Shown here one piece after another: positions 1 through 6,854 of a stretch of 24,000 nucleotides of DNA (positions within the stretch are counted from its first letter, which is position 1; each line of letters begins with the position of its first letter). A program made the position numbers and the translations under genes. The stretch spans positions 2,140 to 26,139 of the forward strand of contig PWER01000019.1 of NCBI GenBank assembly GCA_003553565.1. The letters are read 5' to 3'. This DNA is from Nitriliruptoria bacterium (lineage in GTDB: Bacteria; Actinomycetota; Nitriliruptoria; Euzebyales; Egibacteraceae). The notes beneath the pieces were generated by a model. That model worked only from the letters and a program-made list of their open reading frames with translations. It made no database searches and had not been told where the DNA came from.

Positions 1-1187
1 AGCCGCTCCTCGCGGGCCACCGACCCGTGGTGGGCGCGCGCCACGACGGGCTCCGCCGCGACATCCGGGGCGCCCGCGGCATCGGCCGCCGCAGCCTGGG
101 CGGCCGGGGCGTCGACAGCCTCGTCCGCCTCGTCCACGTCGTGTGCCTCGGCCGCCTCGTTCACGTCGTCGGGGCGCACCGGCAGCGCGAGGCGCTCGCC
201 GGCGAGCTCGTTGAGCCGCGCGCACAGCCGCTCGGCCAACCGCCGCGAGTTGGCGAAGACGATCGTGGCCCGGTTGGCCTCGATGATGTCGAGGATCCGC
301 GGGTGCACCGCCGGCCAGATGGAGCGGCGCTGCTCGGCCGCTCCCGAAGAGGCGGGCCCGCTGGGCGGCTCCTCCACGCGCTCGCCGAGACGGCCCATGT
401 CCTCGATCGGCACCACGACGTCGACGTCGACGCTGCGCTCCGGGGGCACGTGCACCAGCTCGACCGGCCGCGGGGTCCAGCCCCCCTGCCCGTCGGGGCG
501 GCCGCCGCCGAGGAAGCGGCCGACCTCCTCCAGCGGGCGCACGGTGGCGCTCAGGCCCAGGCGCTGCAGCGGGTGCTCGGCCAGCGCCGCGACGCGCTCC
601 AGGCTCAGCGCGAGGTGCGCGCCGCGCTTGGTGCCCGCCACCGCGTGGACCTCGTCGACGATCACGGTCTCGACGCCGGCGAGCATCTCGCGCGCCTTGG
701 AGGTCAGCAGCAGGAAGAGCGACTCGGGCGTGGTGATCAGCACCTCGGGCGGATGGCGCGCCATGCGCCGACGCTCGTCGGCGGGGGTGTCGCCGGTGCG
801 CATGGCCACATCGACCTCGGGCGCCTGCACGCCCTGGCTCGCTGCGGTGCGTCGGATGCCCACCAGCGGGGCACGCAGGTTGCGGTCCACGTCATGGGCC
901 AGCGCCTTCAGCGGTGACACGTACAGCACGCGGGTGCGCCGCTGCTCCCCCACGGCTCCGCCTCCGCCGCCAGGCGCCCAGCTGATCAGCCGATCGATGG
1001 CCACCAGGAACGCCGCCAGCGTCTTGCCCGAGCCCGTGGGTGCGGACACGAGCACGTTGCGGCCCGCCGCGGCGTGGGGCCAGGCCTGGCGCTGCGCCGG
1101 CGTGGGAGCGGCGAAGGTCTCGGCGAACCACGCGCGCGTCGGCCCGCCCAGCACCGCCAGCGGATCGTCACGGGGGTCATCGGCCAT
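1..1187 (-). CDS. lhr: ATP-dependent superfamily-2 helicase Lhr, 5' portion only (about 395 codons); the gene continues past the left window edge
   Basis: Absent from the ORF track because it has no stop codon in the window. My own reverse-strand translation from ATG 1187 gives MADDPRDDPLAVLGGPTRAWFAETFAAPTPAQRQAWPHAAAGRNVLVSAPTGSGKTLAAFLVAIDRL (Walker A). It continues through VIVDEVHAVAGTKRGAHL (DEVH box), RLGLSATV, ATIVFANSRRLAERL and ARAHHGSVAREER, the motif order typical of Lhr. The + strand ORFs 27..917 and 211..1314 are antisense shadows of this gene. Confidence 0.85.
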   Translation of the reverse strand, partial: MADDPRDDPLAVLGGPTRAWFAETFAAPTPAQRQAWPHAAAGRNVLVSAPTGSGKTLAAFLVAIDRLISWAPGGGGGAVGEQRRTRVLYVSPLKALAHDVDRNLRAPLVGIRRTAASQGVQAPEVDVAMRTGDTPADERRRMARHPPEVLITTPESLFLLLTSKAREMLAGVETVIVDEVHAVAGTKRGAHLALSLERVAALAEHPLQRLGLSATVRPLEEVGRFLGGGRPDGQGGWTPRPVELVHVPPERSVDVDVVVPIEDMGRLGERVEEPPSGPASSGAAEQRRSIWPAVHPRILDIIEANRATIVFANSRRLAERLCARLNELAGERLALPVRPDDVNEAAEAHDVDEADEAVDAPAAQAAAADAAGAPDVAAEPVVARAHHGSVAREER

Positions 1188-1381
1188 GGCCGCGCCAGGG
1201 TACGGGCGAGGTGCGACACTGGGCGTCGCCGCGGGCCGCGAGCCCGCCCAGCACGGGCGCGCTTGGCCGCGGGCCCACCCGGCACGGCGAGCGTCCGACA
1301 TCGGGCGCCGCTAGGGTGAGCCGCGCGTCCAGGCGCGCAGCGGGGCGCCGACCGGCGCCTCGGAGCGGAAGCGACGGGAGC

Positions 1382-1801
1382 ATGACCACCGTGACCGGCG
1401 AGCCTTCCACCAGCCAATCCGTGGAGATGCGCGTGCCTCCGACCGCGGGGCACCTGTCCCTGCTGCGCACCGTCGTGGGCGGATGCGCCGGCCGCGAGGA
1501 CTTCACCCTCGACCAGGTCGACGACCTGCGCATGGCCGTCGACGAGGCCGCGGTGCAGCTGCTGCGGCACGTCGCGGGCGACGCCATCGAGCTCACCGTC
1601 ACCAGCGACGAGGACGCCCTCGAGATCCGGGTCGGTGCCGAGACCAAGGCCAGCCAGCCCGTCATCGACCGCGAGTCGTTCTCGTGGACCATCCTCCAGG
1701 CGCTGGCCGACGAGCTCGACGTCGACGCGCTCGAGGGCCGCACGACCGTGGTGATGCGCAAGAAGCGCCTGCCGGACCTGCAGGCAGAGGACCCCACGTG
1801 A
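1382..1801 (+). CDS. Anti-sigma regulatory factor of the RsbW/UsfX (HATPase-like) type, partner of the downstream sigma factor
   Basis: This is the in-frame ATG 1382 inside track ORF 1040..1801. The product is MTTVTGEPSTSQSVEMRVPPTAGHLSLLRTVVGGCAGREDFTLDQVDDLRMAVDEAAVQLL...EGRTTVVMRKKR. That pattern (xLRxP, LSxLRxxxxG, FTLDxxDDLRxAVDEA) is typical of actinobacterial anti-sigma-F/B factors. Its stop TGA (1799-1801) overlaps the GTG start (1798) of the sigma gene. The start codon choice is uncertain. Confidence 0.75.
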   Translation: MTTVTGEPSTSQSVEMRVPPTAGHLSLLRTVVGGCAGREDFTLDQVDDLRMAVDEAAVQLLRHVAGDAIELTVTSDEDALEIRVGAETKASQPVIDRESFSWTILQALADELDVDALEGRTTVVMRKKRLPDLQAEDPT

Positions 1802-2565
1802 CCCAGGAGGAGCCCTACACCCGCGAGGACACCAAGAAGCTGTTCCGCAGGCTGCAGGAGACCGGCGACCCCGAGATCCGCGCCGCGCTGGTGCAGCTGC
1901 ACCTGCCCTTGGTGGAGTACCTCGCACGGCGGTTCAAGGACCGCGGGGAGCCTCTGGATGATCTCATCCAAGTCGGCTCGGTGGGGCTGCTGAAGGCGAT
2001 CGACCGGTTCGACCTGGACCGCGGCGTCGAGTTCTCGACCTACGCGACGCCGACGATCGTCGGCGAGCTCAAGCGCTACTTCCGCGACAAGGGCTGGGCG
2101 GTGCGCGTGCCCCGCCGGCTGCAGGAGCTCAGCCTGCGGATGAACAAGATCGTCTCCCAGCGCACCCAGGAGCTCGGGCGCAGCCCCACCGTCTCGGAGC
2201 TCGCGCAGGCCGCCGAGGTGACCGAGGAGGAGGTCCTCGAGGCCCTCGAGTCCGGGCAGGCGTACTCGACCACCTCGCTGGACGCGCCCTCCAACGACGA
2301 CGAGGACGCACCGCAGCGAGTCGAGCGCATGGGCGAGAACGACGCCGCCATCGAGAACCTCGAGTACTTCGCGTCGCTGGCGCCCCTCATCGAGCAGCTC
2401 CCCGAGCGCGAGCGCCAGATCCTCTACCTGCGCTTCTTCAAGGGCATGACCCAGTCGAAGATCGCCGAGGAGGTGGGCATCAGCCAGATGCACGTGTCGC
2501 GGCTGCTGTCGCGGATCCTGTCGTTCCTGCGCGAGGGCATGGAGCCCGACGAGTCCGAGGCCTAG
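1798..2565 (+). CDS. Group-3 alternative sigma factor of the SigB/SigF/SigG family (the equivalent of Streptomyces SigH or mycobacterial SigF)
   Basis: GTG 1798 is preceded by GAGGA (1787-1791) at 6 nt. The translation shows region 2 (DDLIQVGSVGLLKAIDRFDLDRGVEFSTYATPTIVGELKRYFRD), region 3 (GRSPTVSELAQAAEVTEEEVLEAL) and region 4 (LPERERQILYLRFFKGMTQSKIAEEVGISQMHVSRL). The 5' part of track ORF 1483..2565 is the out-of-frame overlap with the anti-sigma gene. Confidence 0.9.
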   Translation: MTQEEPYTREDTKKLFRRLQETGDPEIRAALVQLHLPLVEYLARRFKDRGEPLDDLIQVGSVGLLKAIDRFDLDRGVEFSTYATPTIVGELKRYFRDKGWAVRVPRRLQELSLRMNKIVSQRTQELGRSPTVSELAQAAEVTEEEVLEALESGQAYSTTSLDAPSNDDEDAPQRVERMGENDAAIENLEYFASLAPLIEQLPERERQILYLRFFKGMTQSKIAEEVGISQMHVSRLLSRILSFLREGMEPDESEA

Positions 2566-2581
2566 CGAGTCCGAGGCCTAG
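2550..2581. repeat. Perfect 16-bp tandem duplication (cgagtccgaggcctag x2) spanning the sigma-factor stop codon
   Basis: Copy 1 (2550-2565) ends with the TAG stop at 2563-2565. Copy 2 (2566-2581) is identical. CCGAGGC (2571-2577) and GCCTCGG (2587-2593) can also pair as a short hairpin. Confidence 0.9.
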
Positions 2582-2592
2582 GCCGCCGCCTC

Positions 2593-2650
2593 GGCCACCA
2601 CCGCCGACACGGCCACCACCGCCGACAGGCCACCACCGCCGACACGGCCA
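2593..2650. repeat. Intergenic 17/18-bp tandem repeat ggccaccaccgccgaca(c): three full copies plus the first 5 bp of a fourth
   Basis: The copies lie at 2593-2610 (18 bp), 2611-2627 (17 bp, final c missing) and 2628-2645 (18 bp), followed by ggcca at 2646-2650. The array sits between the sigma-factor stop and the lipid-kinase start. Confidence 0.9.
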
Positions 2651-2709
2651 GTGCCCCACCGACCGTGACGCTGCGGCGCTGCGGCGCGGCCCGGCGCCAG
2701 GAGTCCCGC

Positions 2710-3615
2710 GTGCGCGTGCTGCTGATCCACAACCCGAAGGCCACCACCACCTCCGCCGAGCTGGTCGAGCTGATCGTCGGGGCGCTGGCCAGCGACTGCG
2801 AGCTCGAGGTGGCCCCCACCAAGCGCCGCGACCACGCCGGATACCTCGCCGCCGGCGCGGTGCACGAGGGTCACGACGCCGTGGTGGTCCTCGGCGGCGA
2901 CGGCACCGTCAACGAGGTCGTGCAGGGCCTCGCGAGGACCCCGGTCCGCCTGGGGATCATCCCGGGGGGCTCCACCAACGTGCTGGCCCGACTGCTCGGC
3001 CTGACCGCCGACCCGGTGACCGCCACCGGCCGGCTGCGCAGCGCCCTGCGCGAGGGGCGCAGCCAGCGGATCAGCCTGGGGCGCGCCGGCGAGCGCTGGT
3101 TCTGCTTCAACGCCGGCATCGGCTTCGATGCCGACGTGGTCCACCGCGTGGAGGCGCGCACCGGCCTCAAGCGGGCGGTGCGCCAGGCCACGTTCCTGTA
3201 CTGCGGCGTGCAGTCCTGGGCGGGCGGCTACGACCGAGGCGCGCGGCTCGCGGTGAGCGGTGACGACGGCACGACCGTCGAGGAGCTGCGCGCGCTGGTC
3301 GCCTGCAACGCCGATCCCTACACCTACCTGGGCGACCGGCCCGCACGGCTGTGCCGCGAGGCCGACCTGGCTGGCGGGCTCGACGCCTTCGGCCTGCGCA
3401 CCCTCGCGCTGGTGCCGCTGCTGCGCGTGGCCCGGGCGGCGCTCACCGACCGAGATCCGCTGCGGCTGAAGGCCACCACCGGCTGGCACGACCAGTCGAC
3501 GCTGACCGTCACCGCCGATCGCCCGGTGCCGGTGCAGGTGGACGGGGACCCGCTGGAGCCGACCACACGGCTGGAGCTGACCGCGGTGCGCCAGGCGCTG
3601 GACGTGCTGGTGTGA
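2710..3615 (+). CDS. Diacylglycerol-kinase-family lipid kinase (DAGK catalytic-domain protein)
   Basis: The product is VRVLLIHNPKATTTS...HDAVVVLGGDGTVNEVVQGLARTPVRLGIIPGGSTNVLARLLGL, which carries the GGDGT and PxGSxN signatures of the DAGK_cat fold. I prefer GTG 2710 because AGGAG (2699-2703) lies 6 nt upstream. The track start GTG 2665 is an alternative. Confidence 0.85.
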   Translation: MRVLLIHNPKATTTSAELVELIVGALASDCELEVAPTKRRDHAGYLAAGAVHEGHDAVVVLGGDGTVNEVVQGLARTPVRLGIIPGGSTNVLARLLGLTADPVTATGRLRSALREGRSQRISLGRAGERWFCFNAGIGFDADVVHRVEARTGLKRAVRQATFLYCGVQSWAGGYDRGARLAVSGDDGTTVEELRALVACNADPYTYLGDRPARLCREADLAGGLDAFGLRTLALVPLLRVARAALTDRDPLRLKATTGWHDQSTLTVTADRPVPVQVDGDPLEPTTRLELTAVRQALDVLV

Positions 3616-3651
3616 GGTCGCCGCGAGGCGCGAGCGCGGGCGCGGGCGCCG

Positions 3652-3696
3652 GCTAGCAGCGCGCCCGCTAGCAGCGCGCCCGCTAGCAGCGCGCCG
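3652..3696. repeat. 15-bp tandem repeat gctagcagcgcgccc x3, in frame with the stop codon of the GDPD gene and containing it
   Basis: The copies lie at 3652-3666, 3667-3681 and 3682-3696 (last base differs). On the - strand, copy 3 encodes the last residues and the stop (ARC-TAG, stop at 3683-3685). Copies 2 and 1 repeat RARC-TAG twice more downstream. Each unit carries the palindromes GCTAGC and GCGCGC. Confidence 0.9.
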
Positions 3697-4399
3697 GCCC
3701 CAGCGCCGCAGCCAGCTCGCCGGGCACGTCGGTGCACAGCGCGTCGACGCCGGCTGCGGCGAGGGCGACCGCGGTGGTGGCGTCGTTGACGGTCCACACG
3801 AGCAACGCGAGGTCCAGTCCGTGCACCGCCGCGACCGCCTCGGCATCCAGCGGGACGCTGACCGGCGGGCACAGCACCCCCGCGCCAAGCTCTTGCGCGA
3901 GCGACGCGGCGGGCTCGGCGCCCAGCCCCCCGCCGTAGAGAAAGCCGGTGGGCACCGTGGGCAGCAGGTCGCGGGCGCGCGACAGGGCCTGCCCGTCGAA
4001 CGAGGAGAGCAGCAGCGGGCGTGGGGCGCTGGCGCGCACGACCTCGGCCGCCAGGGCCACCAGCGGCAGGGCGGGGTCGTGGTCGGGCTCGCCGGGCAGG
4101 TTCTTGAGCTCGACGTCGACCCCGATGCCTGCGGGCAGGCCCTCCAGGACCTCGTCCAGCCGCGGCACCCCGCCCACGGCGAGCTCGTCGGCGTCGAGGT
4201 CGACCACGGCACGACCGTCGGACAGGCGCGCGTCGTGGCACAGCACCACGACATCGTCGTGGCTGCGTCGCGCATCGACCTCGATCCATGCCGCGCCCTG
4301 CGACACCGCCGCGCGGTAGGAGGCCACGGTGTTCTCTGGCGCCGTCCGCGGCGCGCCGCGGTGGCCCACGATGACGGGCGGAGAGGCGAACGGCGACAC
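3683..4399 (-). CDS. Glycerophosphodiester phosphodiesterase (GDPD family)
   Basis: This matches the 238-aa track ORF. The product begins (GTG)SPFASPPVIVGHRGAPRTAPENTVASYRAAVSQGAAWIEVDARRSHDDVVVLCHD. It carries the HRG...ENT...E-D...HD catalytic signature of GDPD enzymes, and the C-terminal VWTVND is also typical. Confidence 0.85.
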   Translation of the reverse strand: MSPFASPPVIVGHRGAPRTAPENTVASYRAAVSQGAAWIEVDARRSHDDVVVLCHDARLSDGRAVVDLDADELAVGGVPRLDEVLEGLPAGIGVDVELKNLPGEPDHDPALPLVALAAEVVRASAPRPLLLSSFDGQALSRARDLLPTVPTGFLYGGGLGAEPAASLAQELGAGVLCPPVSVPLDAEAVAAVHGLDLALLVWTVNDATTAVALAAAGVDALCTDVPGELAAALGPARC

Positions 4400-4557
4400 G
4401 ATCGGGCAGCGCTCCTCGGCCCCCGCGGCACGACACTGCTCGGGCCGCGCCCGCGGCAGCCGACGGGGTCACGACGATGGCAAGCCTAGACACCCCTTTA
4501 CGGCCCGCACCTGCCGCGCTACGCTCTGATGCGTCGAGGGCACCGTCCGACCGCCGT

Positions 4558-4573
4558 TGTGAGCGAGTTCACA
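4558..4573. promoter_or_regulatory. Perfect CRP/FNR-type palindrome TGTGA-GCGAGT-TCACA upstream of whiB1
   Basis: The site reads TGTGA (4558-4562), a 6-nt spacer, then TCACA (4569-4573). Its centre is about 63 nt upstream of the whiB1 ATG. M. tuberculosis whiB1 is known to be controlled by the cAMP receptor protein through sites of this consensus. Confidence 0.7.
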
Positions 4574-4628
4574 TGATTGCGGGCGCGGGCGGACGGTTCC
4601 ATGGAGTGACGACCAAGGCAGGCGACTG

Positions 4629-4874
4629 ATGGACTGGCGCCAGCGAGCTGCGTGCATCGACGAGGATCCCGAGCTGTTCTTCCCCGTCGGCACGACAGGT
4701 CAGGCCCTGGAGCAGCTCGAGCAGGCCAAGGCGGTGTGCCACACCTGCGAGGTTCGCGACGAGTGCTTGCAGTGGGCCCTGGAGACCCACCAGGACTCGG
4801 GCGTGTGGGGCGGCATGAGCGAGGAGGAGCGCCGCGCGCTGCGGCGCAGCCGCCAGCGCAAGCTCGCGGGCTAG
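4629..4874 (+). CDS. whiB1: WhiB1/WblE-type [4Fe-4S] WhiB-family transcription factor
   Basis: The 81-aa product is MDWRQRAACIDEDPELFFP...AKAVCHTCEVRDECLQWALETHQDSGVWGGMSEEERRALRR. It has the four Cys of the cluster (C-x-C-xx-C-x5-C arrangement), the GVWGG turn and a basic tail. It lies next to pdtaS, as in other actinobacteria. Confidence 0.92.
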   Translation: MDWRQRAACIDEDPELFFPVGTTGQALEQLEQAKAVCHTCEVRDECLQWALETHQDSGVWGGMSEEERRALRRSRQRKLAG

Positions 4875-4885
4875 CACCCCCGCCG

Positions 4886-6343
4886 TCAGGCCAGCGGGAT
4901 CACCAGCTCGACCTCGGTGCCCTGCTCCGCTCGCCGCGGTGTGAACGTGCCCGACAGCTCGCTCTCCACCAGGGTCCGCACGATGTGCAGGCCCAGGCTG
5001 GTGCTGGACTGGGTGGTCTCGGGCATGCCCACACCGTCGTCGGCGACGGTGACCCGCAGCAGCGTCGAGCTGCGCGCGAACCGCACCTCCACCGAGCCCT
5101 TGTCCGTGCCGACGAAGGCGTGCTCCACGGTGTTCTGGAGCAGCTCGGAGAGCACCAGGGCGAGCGGGGTGGCGACCTCGGCGGGCAGCTCACCGGCCTC
5201 GCCCCGCAGGTCGAAGGTGATGGGGGTGTCGGGACCCACGATGCCCTCAGCGAGCATGTCGACCACCCGTTGGGCGATGCGGTCGAACGGCACGCGCTGA
5301 TGCGCCTCCTGGCTCAGCGTCTCGTGCACCAGCGCGATCGAGGCCACGCGCCGCACGCTCTCGCTGAGCGCCTCCCGGGCCTCCTCGGACTGCAGGCGTC
5401 GACCCTGCAGGCGCAGCAGCGAGGCCACCGTCTGCAGGTTGTTCTTGACCCGGTGGTGGATCTCGCGGATGGCGGCGTCCTTGATCCGCAGCGCCCGCTC
5501 GGTGCGGCGGATCTCGGTCACCTCCTTGACGAGCATCAGCCCGCCGGTGGTCTGACCGTCCTCCAGCAGCGGGATGAGGCGCCGCAGCACCACCCCGCCC
5601 TCGCCCTCGACCTCGCTCTCGACCGGCTCGCCGGTGGACAGCGCGTCGAGCAGCTCCTCGGGCCGCGGGTCGGCGTCGGTGAGGCGCTGGCCCACCACCA
5701 GCCCCAGGCGCCCCAGCCGCCGGTAGGCGCTGACGGCGTTGGGTGAGGCGTAGGTCAGCTTGCTGTCGGTGTCCACTCGGGCGATGCCATCACCCACCCG
5801 CGGGCTCAAGCCCCGCTCGTCGAGGACCTCGCCGCCGAAGGGGAACGTCCCCTCGGCGATCATCTGCGCGAGCTCGGCGGCGCTCTGCAGGTAGGTCAGC
5901 TCCAGTGCGCTGGGCAGGCGCGCGGTCGACACGTTCGCCTCGCGGGTGACCACGGCCACGACTTCGCCGCCGCAGCGCACCGGGATCGCCTCCTCGCGCA
6001 CCGGGACGCCGGTGGACCAGTCCGGGTCGGCGTCGCGGATGATGCGCTCCTCGGCCAGCGCACGCCCCACCATGGGGCGGTCGGTGACCGGGAACTCCTG
6101 GCCGACGAGATCCTCCAGATAGATGGTCTGGGCGGTGTAGGGCCGCATCTGGCCCACGCACAGGTACCCGCCTGCGCGCACCGGCACGAACAGCAGCAGG
6201 TCGGCGAACGACAGGTCCGCGAGGATCTGCCAGTCAGCGAGCAACAGCTGCAGGTGCGCGGCGCTGTGGCGGTCGAGGCCCGCACGGACGAGCAGCAGCT
6301 CGTCCAGCGGACCCAGGTGCGATTCCGCATCAGCAGCGCTCAT
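4886..6343 (-). CDS. pdtaS: PdtaS-type soluble sensor histidine kinase (GAF-PAS-HisKA_2-HATPase)
   Basis: The 485-aa product opens with an N-terminus (LLADWQILADLSFADLLLFVP) that matches the mycobacterial PdtaS N-terminus as I remember it. It also has the H-box IREIHHRVKNNLQTVASLLRLQGRR and the ATPase motifs LSELLQNTVEHAF and DDGVGMP...SLGLHIVRTLV. There are no transmembrane segments. Confidence 0.9.
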   Translation of the reverse strand: MSAADAESHLGPLDELLLVRAGLDRHSAAHLQLLLADWQILADLSFADLLLFVPVRAGGYLCVGQMRPYTAQTIYLEDLVGQEFPVTDRPMVGRALAEERIIRDADPDWSTGVPVREEAIPVRCGGEVVAVVTREANVSTARLPSALELTYLQSAAELAQMIAEGTFPFGGEVLDERGLSPRVGDGIARVDTDSKLTYASPNAVSAYRRLGRLGLVVGQRLTDADPRPEELLDALSTGEPVESEVEGEGGVVLRRLIPLLEDGQTTGGLMLVKEVTEIRRTERALRIKDAAIREIHHRVKNNLQTVASLLRLQGRRLQSEEAREALSESVRRVASIALVHETLSQEAHQRVPFDRIAQRVVDMLAEGIVGPDTPITFDLRGEAGELPAEVATPLALVLSELLQNTVEHAFVGTDKGSVEVRFARSSTLLRVTVADDGVGMPETTQSSTSLGLHIVRTLVESELSGTFTPRRAEQGTEVELVIPLA

Positions 6344-6451
6344 GGGTCCAGCATCGCCGGCGTGGGCCAGGGCGCAACCGCAGCGCGCGCGTCAGAGGGG
6401 ACGAGCGCGTGGCCGCACCGGGATCACGAGCGCCGGCGGCGGCAGCGGGGG

Positions 6452-6751
6452 CTAGGAGTCCTGCTCGGCCGAGTCGAGGAAGCGCTGCAGGCCCTTCACG
6501 GGCCCGACCTCGCGGATGCGCTCGAACGCGCGTGCCTCGATCTTGTTGACCTCGTTGATAGTCAGGCCGAGGCGGTCCGCCACCTGGCCGGGGCGCTGGG
6601 GCGTGCCATCGGCCAGGCCGGTGCGCAGCTCCAGGACCTGCCGCTCGATGTCAGGCAGGCGCCGCAGCGCGTTGCTCAACGTGCTGCGCAGGCGTCGGAC
6701 GTCGGGGTCCTCGCCGTCGGGTCGCTTCCGGCCGTCTGCCATGAGGCTCAT
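6452..6751 (-). CDS. Small stand-alone sigma-70 region-4-like helix-turn-helix protein
   Basis: The 99-aa product contains LPDIERQVLELRTGLADGTPQRPGQVADRLGLTINEVNKIEARAFERIRE. This aligns by eye with region 4.2 of primary sigma factors (LsxREaxVlxlRFGLxDGxxxTLeEiGxxxgvTRERIRQIExKAlxKLR), but regions 1-3 are absent. The second in-frame ATG at 6742 is an alternative, possibly leaderless, start: TAGCAT (6755-6750, - strand) lies 7 nt upstream of it. Confidence 0.65.
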   Translation of the reverse strand: MSLMADGRKRPDGEDPDVRRLRSTLSNALRRLPDIERQVLELRTGLADGTPQRPGQVADRLGLTINEVNKIEARAFERIREVGPVKGLQRFLDSAEQDS

Positions 6752-6854
6752 GCTACCGAGGTGCGCTACGCTCGCCGGTCGATGCCCTCGTCCACATGCC
6801 CGTCACCGCTCCGGACCCCCGTCCCCGCTGCCCTCGCCGGGTGGCCCTGCCGCC

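Noticed and set aside
1175-1203. SigB/SigF-type promoter-like GGGTAC (1198-1203) with GGTCAT 17 nt upstream, ahead of the anti-sigma/sigma operon
   Set aside because: The -35 does not match the GTTT core, and the element overlaps the lhr start codon. It also lies about 180 nt from the anti-sigma start. It is too weak to call without transcription start data.
27-1314. Two overlapping + strand ORFs (296 aa and 367 aa) at the left edge
   Set aside because: They are antisense to the Lhr helicase reading frame, which I translated myself and which carries the Walker A, DEVH and HHGS motifs. The + strand products are Arg/Ala/Gly/Ser-rich with no motifs.
2550-3696. Tandem repeats considered as a possible CRISPR array
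   Set aside because: The units are only 15-18 bp, directly abutting with no spacers, and present in at most three copies. No cas genes are present. They are simple slippage duplications.
4516-6773. Shared 11-mer GCGCTACGCTC (4516-4526 and 6763-6773), containing a TACGCT -10-like hexamer, upstream of whiB1 and of the 6855 gene
   Set aside because: In 24 kb of strongly GC-biased sequence, many 11-mers recur by chance. The whiB1 copy lies upstream of the CRP site at a distance that gives no coherent promoter geometry. I treat it as coincidence unless transcription start mapping says otherwise.
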